A program made the translations under genes and the position numbers. Positions 1 through 11,869 of a DNA stretch of 64,000 bases are shown here, piece by piece. Source of the stretch: Azolla caroliniana (lineage: Eukaryota > Plantae > Polypodiophyta); contig JBHGNT010000003.1 in assembly GCA_043228905.1 (NCBI GenBank), positions 26,223,304 through 26,287,303 of the forward strand, read 5' to 3'. Each line of letters starts with the position of its first letter. Position 1 is the first letter of the stretch. The notes under the pieces are model-generated. The model saw only the letters and a list, made by a program, of their open reading frames with translations. It had not been told where the DNA came from and did no database searches.

Positions 1-384
1 CCTGCACTCTCTTTCATCAATATTATCTCTCTTTTACATTCTCTCTCTTCCTAGATTCTTCTCTCTCTAGAATCTGCAACTCTTTAAATGCCCTCTCTCT
101 CTAGAATCTACAACGCTTTAAATGCTTTCTCTTCCATCTTTTCCACAATATTCCTAGTTTATTGTACCTGTTTGGTAGTACAAGAGTCTCTTAACTACCA
201 AACAACCATTCCCAATTTTGTATAAATAGGCTATACCAGCCTCTTTTGTAACTAGATTATTTTCTGTTGCTACTTACAAAACAAGCTCTACTCTTTGCAA
301 CCATTTTTTCTACTCTCACAGCTTGGTTGTGTCTATTTTGTTTGAACAACTGTTCCGTTGCTGCTATTAGCAGCTTTTCTCACA
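1..384 (+). mobile_element. Copia LTR (solo or 3' LTR, cut by the window edge); same family as 3787-9126 but in the opposite orientation
   Basis: Reverse complement aligns to the LTRs at 3787-4241 and 8671-9126. Ends ...CTTTTCTCACA at 384, has TATAAATA at 221-228, and no PBS follows it. Confidence 0.9.
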
Positions 385-588
385 TTATTGTCGTCATCCT
401 CAATGAAAAATCAAGACAGGGTAAGCGGATATCATAATTACAATGTGACCCAAAAAAACAAATATGTTGACATATAACTAGAAAATTGTTGATTAGGAGG
501 CTAGCTGCCTATACATAAGCAAATGCAGACTACATCACCATAGTAAATAGTAATAATCATAACTTGTCATCCATTAAGAAATACTTAC

Positions 589-2784
589 CTGCAAGCTTTT
601 TCCTTATTTGAAGTTAACTGCATGATCTCTCCAGTTACCAGAAGCTCCACAACCTGAAAGGGCAGGGATAATTTAGACCACCTGCACTTATAGATACAGC
701 TAAAACTGATCAAATATTAGAATGCCAAAGACTATACAATTACTGAGTCATAATAATATGGCCTTGAACTATCATTGTTTACTAGAAATATTAATATATG
801 GGATGTGTTTCAACCTCACTGCACCCATTGTCCTGTGGATGCACATCACTATGATGTCCATTGTTACAAGATCAAATATAAATTATTATACCCTATCTCA
901 CCTCTGTGTTCTTCAAAGATGCAAGTGAAACAGATGCTCTTGATAATAAAAAGTCTCCTGCTAGTACAGCAAGCTGCAATGAAAAACCAACAGATTTCAG
1001 TACTTTATACACCCTGAATTGCATTCACATCCAATGAACACTTAGCTACATAGGGAATTCCAAATGGTTCTTGGTTGATCTCTCACTTTGTTTCCCATCA
1101 CAAAATTGAGTGACCCGATGCCCCTCCTTGTCTCTGCACTGTCCAATACATCATCATGAAGAAGACTTGCAACCTGCCACGGCTATGTTAATGTTGAACT
1201 TTTCATATAAAAACAGAAGGAAAATAGAATTGTTCATGGAGAGAATTCCTCACATGAATCATCTCTGTTATCTCAGCAATCCTCTGCTGCCTTAATTGTT
1301 GCTCTTGTAACGTAGATTCTGATATGCCAATGTCCGGCAGCACTATAGTCATTGATGATGCCATTAGCAGCAAAATCTGAAAGAAATATAAGAGCTTAGA
1401 ATATGGCTCAACACGCTCATATTGTAATAATCATGTAATATGGGGAAGCCCAAACCCAAACAAACATTGGGGCCCTGAATTACAATGAAATCCACTAGTT
1501 CAAAAATGGTCAATGAAATATGGATCACTGAATTCTCGAAGAACATTATAATGTTCCTATAACCAGTTTTTCACATTCAGCAGCATTTTAAGAAATTTCA
1601 CATACAAAGTGACATATGCATAGCATGGGTCCCCCCAGACAAACACTAGCCTACAATAAATATCAGTTGGAAACTACATCTAATACTATTTGACAAGCAC
1701 ATTGCAAATAGATGAAGAATGTAAAAGTGATAGAGGATAAATCTTGGATTCATAAACTCCCCTCCCTTTCTCTCTTCCTTAGAAAGACCAAAGAGATGTT
1801 CAGTAACTTCATGCCAGATCAAGTTCCCATTTCTTCCAGCTTCCAAACTTGTAGCTCTGGTAGCAAATGAAGCTCAAAGGATCTAGAGTGTAAGAAAATG
1901 GATTGAGATAGAATTTTTTTGTAACTGAAGCTCTCCCTCATTCCATTAGAACTGGATAAGATACACCACAGAGAAGAACTGGCTACTAGCAATAATGTGA
2001 AATGTCAGTTGTCAAGTCAATCATTCCTTCATACTCAAATGAAGCAAAATGTCTGCACTGATTAACATATAGAAAAACCTTACCTGGCAGATGAAAATGT
2101 GGTATTTTTCTGAAGAGGAATGTAAACAATAAAATTATAATCTAAAGCCATAGAAAATAACATTCATTAGCAGAAGAGCTTATAATTTCAAGTAACTAAA
2201 CAGTGATGTACTGTCTTTCATATGCAATGCCCCATGAATGCACCTAAGTATGTACATATTCATGAATATTCCATTAGACTTTACATGTTTTCAAAACAAG
2301 AAGTTATCAACTACCATAGGTCGAAGGCGCTTTCCTTCAACTCCAATCTTGAAAAAATATTCTGCTGCAGAAGCTAACTTGGGAAACTGTTTGAAAAGTA
2401 ATGCACATTTATTTCCATACACTGATCAACAACTTATGCATTATCCATATATTGTAAATCCTATGCCTATTTTCATAGCAGATTAAATTGTCTATCATTA
2501 CTCCTATACGCTTTATGGCATTAAACAGATACACCTTAGTTGAGACCATCACGCGAAGTCTATTTGCAATGGAGGAAAGTTCATCTGCAACAAGAGAAAA
2601 TGGGTCGACCTTTCCCTGCATATAATATAAAAAATAATACAATGAAGTATACAAAAATATGCACATTATCCCATAACAATTGGTTTATAAACAAGCTTAC
2701 CTCAGTGTCACTCGCAAGATGCAAGCTAGCATGATGGAACATGGCGCAAGAACCCAACCGACGATGTTGTCCATGTCCCATAAC
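589..2784 (-). CDS. SPS3: Trans-long-chain prenyl (solanesyl/geranyl) diphosphate synthase, SPS3/GPS1-like; internal exons, gene continues beyond the left edge
   Basis: GT-AG exons 2784-2701, 2615-2535 (GKVDPFSLVADELSSIANRLR), 2386-2315 (FPKLASAAEYFFKIGVEGKRLRPM), 1376-1254 (QQRIAEITEMIH), 1173-1087 (VASLLHDDVLDSAETRRG, first Asp-rich motif), 973-902 (LAVLAGDFLLSRAS) and 653-589 splice in frame. They match the Arabidopsis GPS1/SPS3 sequence as I recall it. Confidence 0.95.
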
Positions 2785-3688
2785 CTAGCCAATTTCAAGA
2801 AGAATATTTGAGAGCATCACTCAAAAAAATGATAACTGCTGTACATACTCCAGAATTGAGGTTTAGGAATCCAACTCTCTGATTAATGAGCATCGATATA
2901 TCTCCCTAAGGAAGAGATCTCCATACTCGTTTACCCTCCTTCATTTGTATTTGGTTTCGTCATTTTCAATTTGTCACGTGATTAGCATAGTAACATTAGT
3001 GGAGTACAGGTCACAACCCGCATAAAGCTTCGAGAGGATTTATCCTCTGCTGCTGCTGATCTCTTAGCCACTATTAATGACAGAGATAGAGCAGAGAGAT
3101 AAAGCTAGAAACTCTAAGAAGGCATGCGTAGAACTTTGCTATTGTAATAAAACTATTTCTGACAGACTTATTTAGCGTATTTATCTTAATACAACGTTTG
3201 ATCTATTAGAATTTATGGTTAAGAAGTGATTAAAAACATTTGCTTTAAGAGATCTTGCAGAATTTCATGGAACAATATTTGCTGCAAGCACTTACAACTT
3301 GCTTGCTGAGACCACTGTATCCTTGGCGACTGTGTTGTGAGCAAAAGATGTTGTGTGCGAGTGATGCTGAAGGCTCTGCAATTTTCATATGTACTATTCC
3401 TGCTTTTCTTTCAACCAGATCTGAAACATGGCTTCCTACAGAAATTCAACGTGTTACAGGACAAAAAACCATAGATACTTTAATTCTAGAAAACAAGCCC
3501 CCTCTTAAATATATCGTTATACATGAAAGAATTATTTTATATGGAGCAGCAGAGAAATACAAAATATTTACTATTGTGTACTTCATCTTCATCGACCACT
3601 TTCATGGAGAAGAAGGTTAAGTTTCCCTCAGCATGAACTATTACCCGCCTACGGTGCACATCAAATTATGTTTAGTGCCAGATGATGC

Positions 3689-3782
3689 TTCAGGGCAAGA
3701 TCCTTCAACTAATCTCGGGGAATTAGAGAAAACCATGCAATTTGTTTGGGTATATAAGCATACCATTTTAAAGAATGAGTAA
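3689..3782. repeat. 94-bp direct repeat, copy 1 (copy 2 at 9129-9222), flanking the copia
   Basis: TTCAGGGCAAGATCC...AAGAATGAGTAA occurs on both sides, 91/94 identical by manual comparison. Confidence 0.95.
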
Positions 3783-3786
3783 AGAA

Positions 3787-4241
3787 TGTGAGAAAAGCTG
3801 TTAATAGCAGCAGCGGAAGAGTTAGAACAAAATAAACACAGCCAAGCTGTGAGAAGGCTGTCAGACAGCAGTAGAAAAAATGGTTGCAAAGAGTAGAGAC
3901 ACAGCCAAAGAGTTGTGCTTGTTTCTAAGTAGCAGCAGAAAATAATCTTCTTACAAAAGAGGCTGGTATAGCCTATTTATACAAAATTGGGAATGGTTGT
4001 TTGGTAGTTAAGAGACTCTTGTACTACCAAACAGGTACAATAAACTAGGAATAAAAAAAGGGAATATCTTGGAAAAAGTGGAAGAGACAAAAGGCATTTA
4101 AAGCATTGCAGATTCTAGAGAGGGAAGGCATTTAAAGAGTTGCAGATTCTAGAGAGAAAAGAATCTAGGAAGAGAGAGAATGTAAAAGAGAGATAATATT
4201 GATGAAAGAGAGTGCAGGTCTGGAGCTGGCACCCTCCAACA
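3787..4241 (-). repeat. 3' LTR of the copia element (455 bp)
   Basis: Direct repeat of 8671-9126 with TGT...ACA termini. Confidence 0.95.
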
Positions 4242-7200
4242 TATAATAAAAGTAACATCAATTGAATTGCAGCATGGAATATTATTTAGTGAAGACATTT
4301 TATAAAACAGCCTCGCTCATGGCTGCCTTGGAAGCGGCTTAGTAAATAAATCAGCCACATTTTCTTGAGTAGGGCAATATGCCAAGTTGATGACTTGTGA
4401 TTTTGCTAATTCACGAACAAAATGGCAGTGCACTTTGATGTGTTTTGTTCTACCATGAAATGCTGAGCTATGTGCCAAGGCACGGGCACTTTGGCTGTCT
4501 GTGAAAACTGCAATAGGAGAGTCTTGCAAAACACGAATGTGAGAAAGCAATTGCATTAACCATAGCAACTCACAGCAAGTATCCAAGTAGGCGCGGTATT
4601 CAGATTCCGTCGATGAAGTAGAAACTGAGTTTTGCTTCTTTGATTTCCAAGAAATCAAGCCTGAACCTAACATAAAACAATAGCCAAATGTGGACCTCCT
4701 AGAATCAATATCACCTGCCCAATCAGCATCTAAGTAGCCAACAAGCTCAATGCCGCCTCTAAAAGACAGACCATAGTCGAGTGTGTTGGCCAAATACCGA
4801 AGAACTCAAATAATTGCTTGCCAATGACTTTGTCTTGGAGCAGTTGAGAATTGGCTGAGAATACTCACGCTATAGGACAAATCAGGCTTGGTATAAGTTA
4901 AGTGAAGAAGGGACCCAATTAACCTTCTATATTTCGTGATATCCTCAAATATGGGAGAATTGTCTTCACGAGATAGCTTTGAGTTTGGATCCATTGGACA
5001 AGAGAGTGGCTTGCAATTTGACATGCTATAGGTCTCAAGGAGCTGCCTGAGATACCTATGTTGGCTGAGAAAGATACCACCATGTGATTGATAGACCTCC
5101 ATACCTATGAAATAATGGAGAAGCCCTAGATCAGTCATTTCAAAGGTTGTTTTGAGGTCAACGCGGACCTCCTCGATTTTAGATGCAAGGGACCCTGTAA
5201 TTAGAAGGTCGTCAACATATAATATGATCAAGCAAAGCAAATTATCTTGGGAAAAAACATAGAGATTGCTGTCAGCATTACAGTTTTGAAACCCAAGAGA
5301 GAGAAAGAAGCTATCAATTTTGTCATGCCAAGCTTTGGGAGCTTGCTTTAAGCCATACAAGGCTTTGTGTAACCTATAGACCATGTTTTTCTGCTCTAAA
5401 ATCTCGAAACCTGGAGGTTGTTCAACATAAACCTCCTCTTTCAAGTCACCATTAAGGAAGGCTGACTTGACATCCATTTGAAAAATGGGCCATTTGTTGT
5501 GAGCAGCAAGTGCAAGCGCACATCGGATAGAGGTGTACCTTGCTGTTGGAGTAAAAGTTTCCTCGTAATCCACTCCTTTGACTTGTGAGTAGCCTTTTGC
5601 CACTAAACGTGCCTTGTGCTTATCCAAAGTACCAATAGCATGGTATTTGGTCTTGAAAATCCATTTCAGTCCAATGACTTGTCGATGTGGAGGCCGTGGG
5701 ACCAGCTCCCATGTATGATTCCACTCAATGGAATCAAGTTCAACTTCCATTGCGGCTTTCCACTTTGGAAGAACAAGGGCCTCTTTTGCTGTTGTGGGTT
5801 CTTTTGATTGCACAACAGTGCACAATAAGGCCAAGTTGCATGAGTGAAGAGGCCGTTGTGACTTACGTGTTCGAGAACCAGATGTATACTCATGAAGTTC
5901 AGCATCGGAGAGATGAGAATCACGAATGGTGGCTTGAAGCCACTTGGGAAGTGGTGGAAGCTGGTTTGTAGAGGGAGGGGAAACAAGTGGAGTTGAGGGA
6001 GAGGATTGAATTGTTGGCGAAGTTAGAGATTGAGTAGGAGGAGATGGGGGGCTTGAAGATGAGACATCTTCGTCTAAAATAGGAGATTCCGGAGGAGCTA
6101 GGATTTCAACCATGAACTCAGGTAAAATCCTAGAATCATCCAGCTGAGACTCCACAAAATGAAAATCCCTAGAGATGACTAGGGACTTTGACTCTAAATC
6201 CCATAACCTGTACACTTTAGATTGTGTGTTGTAACCAAGAAATTTGCATTTCTTGGTTTTGGACTCAAATTTCGTCCTTTTATGATCTGAAATGTGAACA
6301 TAAGCATCTTAACCAAAGACTTTAAAATGAGATACTAAGGGCTTTACACCTGTAAATGCTTCTGCAGGCGTCATTCCAGCAACTGCTTTTGTTGGGCAAC
6401 AGTTGATGATGTAGACTGTTGTGTTGACAGCTTCACCCCAAAACGAGAGAGGAAGATCAGATTGAGATAGCATCTTATGATGCCATCTCTTGGACTGTCC
6501 GGTTCTTCCTTTCCACAACTCCATTTTGTTGAGTATTGGGTGTAGAAAATTGGCGAGCAATGCCTCGTTGAGAGCAAAAATGGTGGAAAGTTTGGGAGAT
6601 AAACTCTCCACCATTGTCCAACCTGATCTTTCGAACTTTCTTCGATGTCTCGTTCTCCACGAGAGCTACCCATTCTTGAAATTTTGTGAAGGCTTGCGAT
6701 TTTTCTACAAGAAAATAAACCCAAACCTTGCAGGAGAAATCATCAATGATGAGCATGAAGTAGCGTGCACCACCAAGAGTAGTGGTTTGCATGGGACCAC
6801 AAAGATCCATGTGCACTAACTCCAAGATAGATATTGCACGGTGAGTGGTTTCATGAGGGAAAGGCTCTCGATGTTGCTTGCCATAAAGACAAGCAACACA
6901 TGGGGTATTGGGAGTTTTGAAAATAGGAAGACCCTCAACTAGTTGGGAAGAGGAGAGCTTTTGAAGATAATCATAGTTGAGATGACCAAACCTAGCATGC
7001 CACAACGTGGGATCTTCTTGTGCCACCAACGCATGAGAGCCTTGAAAAAGATGAAGAAGATGAGATTTGGACTTTTCCAAGGGGCTATGGGAACTTTTCA
7101 GGCGGTATAAATCTCCTTGTTGTGTGCCACTAGCTACAATTTGTAGGTTGGTGGTGTCAATGACTTCCAAAACTGAGCTATCAAAGTAGACTCCATAACC

Positions 7201-8670
7201 TTGCTTAGTGATTTGGTAGACTGAAAGTAGGTTGGCAGAGATGCGAGGCACATGTAGGACATCTTGAAGAATGACAGGTTCTTCATTTGAAGAATTGTTA
7301 AGAAACACATTACCCACACATGAAGCCTCAATGCTTGAGGCATCTCCAATGGAGATTTGGGAGGAGCTAGGTTTCACATCATGCAAAATGGATTTTTCAT
7401 AGGTCATGTGTGAAGTGGCACCACTATTTACTAACCACTCATCAATGGTTGAGGTAGTTGGTCCAGTCAAATGTGAAGTATGTTCCTCAATGCCAAGGAA
7501 AACTGTTTCTTTGGCTGAGTGGATGAGTGGGCTGAGTGGGCCGAGTTGGATTTCGGTGTAGGTTGATTTTCGGTAGAAGAAGAGTTCTTAGCATTGTCCC
7601 TTTTCTTTTTCCGACAATCCGGCTGAATGTGACCTTTGTAGCCACAATAATGACAAGTGAGCTCCTAGTAAGCTGGGTTGTTTGGCGGTCTTGGATTGGG
7701 TTTGTTGTAGGAGTTACCATTTTGCTTCCACTTGCCTTTACTTGTCTCATTGGAAGTTTGAGCACTTTTCTTCCTTGTTGCCCTATCTTGTAGCATACCA
7801 AGAAATGTATTCATATCAAGTGTGTTGGGAAGAAGAGAAATTGTGTCACAAAAAGCTGAGAATGACTCAGGCAACTTTATCATTAGACGATGCACAAACT
7901 CAACTTCAGTTGACTTGCTTCCCAAAGAAACTAGTTCCTTTTGGAGAGTAACAAATTGCGTTATTTGATCCATGATGTTGGGAGTGTCATGAATCTTGAG
8001 ATTAGCTAGTTGGTTCTCAATAGCTATCATTTGAGCATGATTAGCTCGATGGTACCTCTTTTTGATGGATGTCCATAGTTCATTGGCTGTCTCTTCATCT
8101 GTATCTTGAAATTGACGAGCGATGCTCGGTTTAATACTAAACATGAGGAAAGCATGGGAACGAGAATCCTTATCTAGCCACGCTTCAATCTCAGCGTTAG
8201 ATGAGCCAGCAACTAATTTGGTTGAAGAGGATGAAGTTACTGGTGGTTTCTTGTCACTACCATTGACTACATTCCATAAACGATGGTATTGTAGCAAGGT
8301 CTTTATTTGTAGCTCCCAATCCAAGTAATTGTTCCCATCCAAGATGGACTCTTTGGGGAGTTGGGGAATGGTTGATGAAACAATCTTGGCATGTGAGGCT
8401 CTGGATATCCTCCTCTTGAGCTACAACTGGACAATTTACAGCAGTTGTAAGTAGATGCTCAGGGTCTTTCTACTTCTCCCTAGATGCTAGGTGAGACTCA
8501 GATGAGGGGAAAAGAAAAAAAAGAACCTCCTTTGTAGGTTGGGAGGGTGGCTGTTAAGAGAACCTCCTCTATAGGGTTGGGAGGGAGGGATAAAAGAAGA
8601 GACGTTTGTGTGCTCTTTGGCAAAAAAAAATTCAGGCTGAGGATATGGAGACCTCACTGCTCTGATACCA

Positions 8671-9126
8671 TGTGAGAAAAGCTGTTAATAGCAGCAGCGG
8701 AAGAGTTAGAACAAAATAGACACAGCCAAGCTGTGAGAAGGCTGTCAGACAGCAGTAGAAAAAATGGTTGCAAAGAGTAGAGACACAGCCAAAGAGTTGT
8801 GCTTGTTTCTAAGTAGCAGCAGAAAATAATCTTCTTACAAAAGAGGTTGGTATAAGCCTATTTATACAAAATTGGCAATGGTTGTTTGGTAGTTAAGAGA
8901 CTCTTGTACTACCAAACAGGTACAATAAACTAGGAATAAAAAAAGGGAATATCTTGGAAAAAGTGGAAGAGACAAAAGGCATTTAAAGCATTGCAGATTC
9001 TAGAGAGAGAATGCATTTAAAGAGTTGCAGATTCTAGAGAGAAAAGAATCTGGGAAGAGAGAGAATGTGGTACAGAGATAATAAAGATGAAAGAGAGTGT
9101 AGGTATGGAGCTGCCACCCTCCAACA
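8671..9126 (-). repeat. 5' LTR of the copia element (456 bp)
   Basis: Directly adjacent to the tRNA-iMet PBS; direct repeat of 3787-4241. Confidence 0.95.
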
Positions 9127-9128
9127 AG

Positions 9129-9222
9129 TTCAGGGCAAGATCCTTCAACTAATCTTTGGGGATTAGAGAAAACCATGCAATTTGTTTGGGTATATAAGCA
9201 TACCATTTTAAAGAATGAGTAA
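9129..9222. repeat. 94-bp direct repeat, copy 2
   Basis: Matches 3689-3782. Confidence 0.95.
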
Positions 9223-10931
9223 TAGCCATAGGCCCCCATTGAACATGCAGAGAGCTAAAAGAGGGGAAGAAGGAAGTCATATAAGTTTGCTCCTGGCCAT
9301 GGTGAAGCGGGAATCAACACTTCTATTCTTATGTATTTCTTACTGTCCCCTATGGGATTACACTTTATCCAGACCTTTCTCTACCTTTGCTTCCTTCTAT
9401 GCATTAAATTTTGATATAATTCAAATATCTATTATTCAACAATATTTTCCCCTTGAATGGCATGTTTGAGCTCGGGTGCCATTCTGTGTGAGTTTTGAGA
9501 GTGGCCCTCTTTCCCATCTCTTTGAATAGCATTGACTCCTTCTTTGGCCTTTTATGGGCATTAATATAATATTTCTTTCTTTCTGGATAAAGATCAGTAG
9601 AAGATGAGTTGAAGAGCAGATAGCGAAACAGAATACTCATAGTCAGAAATGGGCTAGTTTTGTAACTGGTTCCCTTTTGGTGATCATGTTAGCTGTACAA
9701 GGAAACTTTTAAAATTGCAGTATGGCCTAATTTTGAGGAATGTATCAAATTAATATATACAATGGTGACAGATATGATGAGGCATGCATAATAGACCACT
9801 GACCAAATGTCATATCATTGTGAGCAAAGCTGGCAAGAATGGCCCCAGGATGTACGTAAAAAGCATGGTTGGTATCCTGGAGGAGCTCATAAAAGCAGCA
9901 CTGATATTGGAGAGCTTGAAGAAATTCACGCTACATCATGGTCAAGATATCTGATATATTCTCCAAGGATCTGAGAGAATCATCTCTTGATACATCATAA
10001 ACCGATGATAAATATCCTGGCACTTACGATACAAGATATTCAGTTGTCTGCATGTCTTTAAAGTGTCATCATGATCACGAGGCCTGATAAAACGCTGTTC
10101 GTAAGACCAATGGATACCTGATCAGTGTTATAACTAAAGTACAAGTCCCCAAGCAAGATAACCAGTATGCAAAACAGAGTCTGAGAGAGTAGATCGTCAC
10201 AGAAACATATTGCATAGGCAAAGAGGCAGAGTCACTGATGATGATCTTGGTCTTGAAAATGTGATCATCATATTTTTCTAGAGAAGGATCATCTACCAAC
10301 CTCTATAGCCCAAGAAACTCATGCACCAACCGACATTGTCAAGAGACCGAACAAATTCCCAATAGATGCTAAGAAAAGGCTAATTTGTATCCAACATGAA
10401 TCAAGTGTGAAAATTAGCTGGGAACCTTCAACTAGAACTCGGGACTGTATCGCATGTAAAAGACATTAGTCATCTCGGATCATTGACACGCATAGGGTAT
10501 CACCTCGAAATTTTCTAGCACAAGAGTGGATCCCCTATGAATATGCATTCATTGGAGGCCCTGGAATAATATTCCAGCAGAGAAAAGCGGGATGCTCCAA
10601 AATTGAATGCAAAAACGAAGAGATAGGATGACGAAACTGAGGCGTAGGTCAAAAGAACCCATCCAAGAGACCCATGACGCAGAAAACCGAGCGAAACAAT
10701 TTTGTTCTATCATCTCTCAATCCATCTTCTGTGTTCCATTCCATCATTCACTATTCCTCTATGCACTTATTACTCTCACAATTTCTAGATCACGCATTCA
10801 ATCATATAAAGAAGCTAATCTAGATTATGCTTGGTGAGTGTGGCTAATCTAGTCAACGCTATTCAAAGAGGTGGGAGAAGGGAATATAAATATATACACA
10901 CAAAATACAGAGAGGCAAAGAGAGAACCCAC

Positions 10932-11184
10932 CGTTAAGCACACTTTTTGTTCTGATTAAGATTTTCTTGCTTTGATCTGAAGCTGAATGAAAGTATGCCG
11001 GTATTCTATTGTTGCAAAATATATGCACCGAATCGTCTCCGACCTCATCCTTCTTCTTCTTCTTCTTCTTCTTCTTCTTCTTCTTCTTCTGTTCTGTTAA
11101 ACTAAAATTATGCAACAGGGAGCGCTGGCATCCGGAGACTCGCGATCGGAAGAGACTCCTGACAATGAAATCACGCCTCGCCAT
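10932..11184 (-). CDS. Putative first coding exon (organellar transit peptide) of the prenyl diphosphate synthase
   Basis: ATG at 11184 gives MARRDFIVRSLFRSRVSGCQRSLLHNF..., an R/S-rich presequence-like peptide lying downstream of an SSR-rich 5' region. The donor is uncertain: the best-looking GT (10931) is phase 1 whereas the next confident exon starts in phase 0. Confidence 0.55.
11049..11090. repeat. (TTC)n microsatellite encoding poly-Lys on the minus strand
   Basis: Trinucleotide run; the ORF track shows 13 consecutive K. Confidence 0.9.
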
Positions 11185-11869
11185 ATGATGGAGCTCCAGA
11201 GGCGACGAAGGCATACAACAGAGGAGAGCCGGGCCGGGCCGAGCCGAGCCGAGCCGAACAAACCGACCTCTTCTAGAGTTTGTGTGTGTGTTTTCGTTGA
11301 GGTTTCCCAAAGTCTCGCAAAATAATAATAATAATAATAATACGGCAGCTTCTCTATTTTCCTGGCCGGCCGGCAGACTGACCCATATATGTACATATAT
11401 GTATGTATGTATGTACATATATACATTATAATAGATATATGTACGGTTTGGTCATTGGATCTGTTGGTCTGCATCCGACTGGCTGCTGATTTCACACGTT
11501 TGCCATGCACGACTCATGGAGTTCTTTCTTTTTGTTGGACATGTTCCCGCTATTCTTAGAGAGGCCTCAATGCCACCTAAGTTATAACATATGATGAGGC
11601 GACATTGCGACTTTACATCAAGTGTGCGTTGGCTTTTGAGATAGAAATAGAAGACATGTATGTAATGGAGTGTACACCATTTGTGTAGATAGCTAGCTAG
11701 CTCATCGATCCCATTACTATGCACCATATACAATCATTACATGCAAGACTATGATGTCATGTCATAGGTGTTGGGATCAGCCGATTCACGATAGGCTTTA
11801 CGTCACATCGATGCTGCATGACCAAAAAAAATTGGAAAAATGACAACTTAGGTCAAGACAGTTGCCACT

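Larger units (their letters stand above)
3787..9126 (-). mobile_element. Near-complete, inactivated Ty1/copia LTR retrotransposon in an SPS3 intron
   Basis: LTRs 3787-4241 and 8671-9126 (TG...CA); PBS TGGTATCAGAGC (tRNA-iMet) at 8659-8670. Domains: gag with CHYCGYKGHIQPDC knuckle, protease WLVNSGAT (catalytic D changed to N), integrase (HMDLCGP, QQNGVVERKNRT), RT (QMDVKSAFLNG, LYVDDLL), RNase H (DADWAGD, ADLFTKPL). Several stops and frameshifts. Confidence 0.97.

Noticed and set aside
7665-7667. In-frame TAG just before the copia gag zinc knuckle as programmed read-through
   Set aside because: The element has several other stops, frameshifts and a protease D-to-N change, so simple decay explains it.
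9804-9900. Exon-like segment on the minus strand (CAG...G/GTCAGT) in the long SPS3 intron
   Set aside because: It is open only in phase 0 and ends in phase 1, so it does not reconcile exon 1 with exon 2, and it has no recognisable homology.
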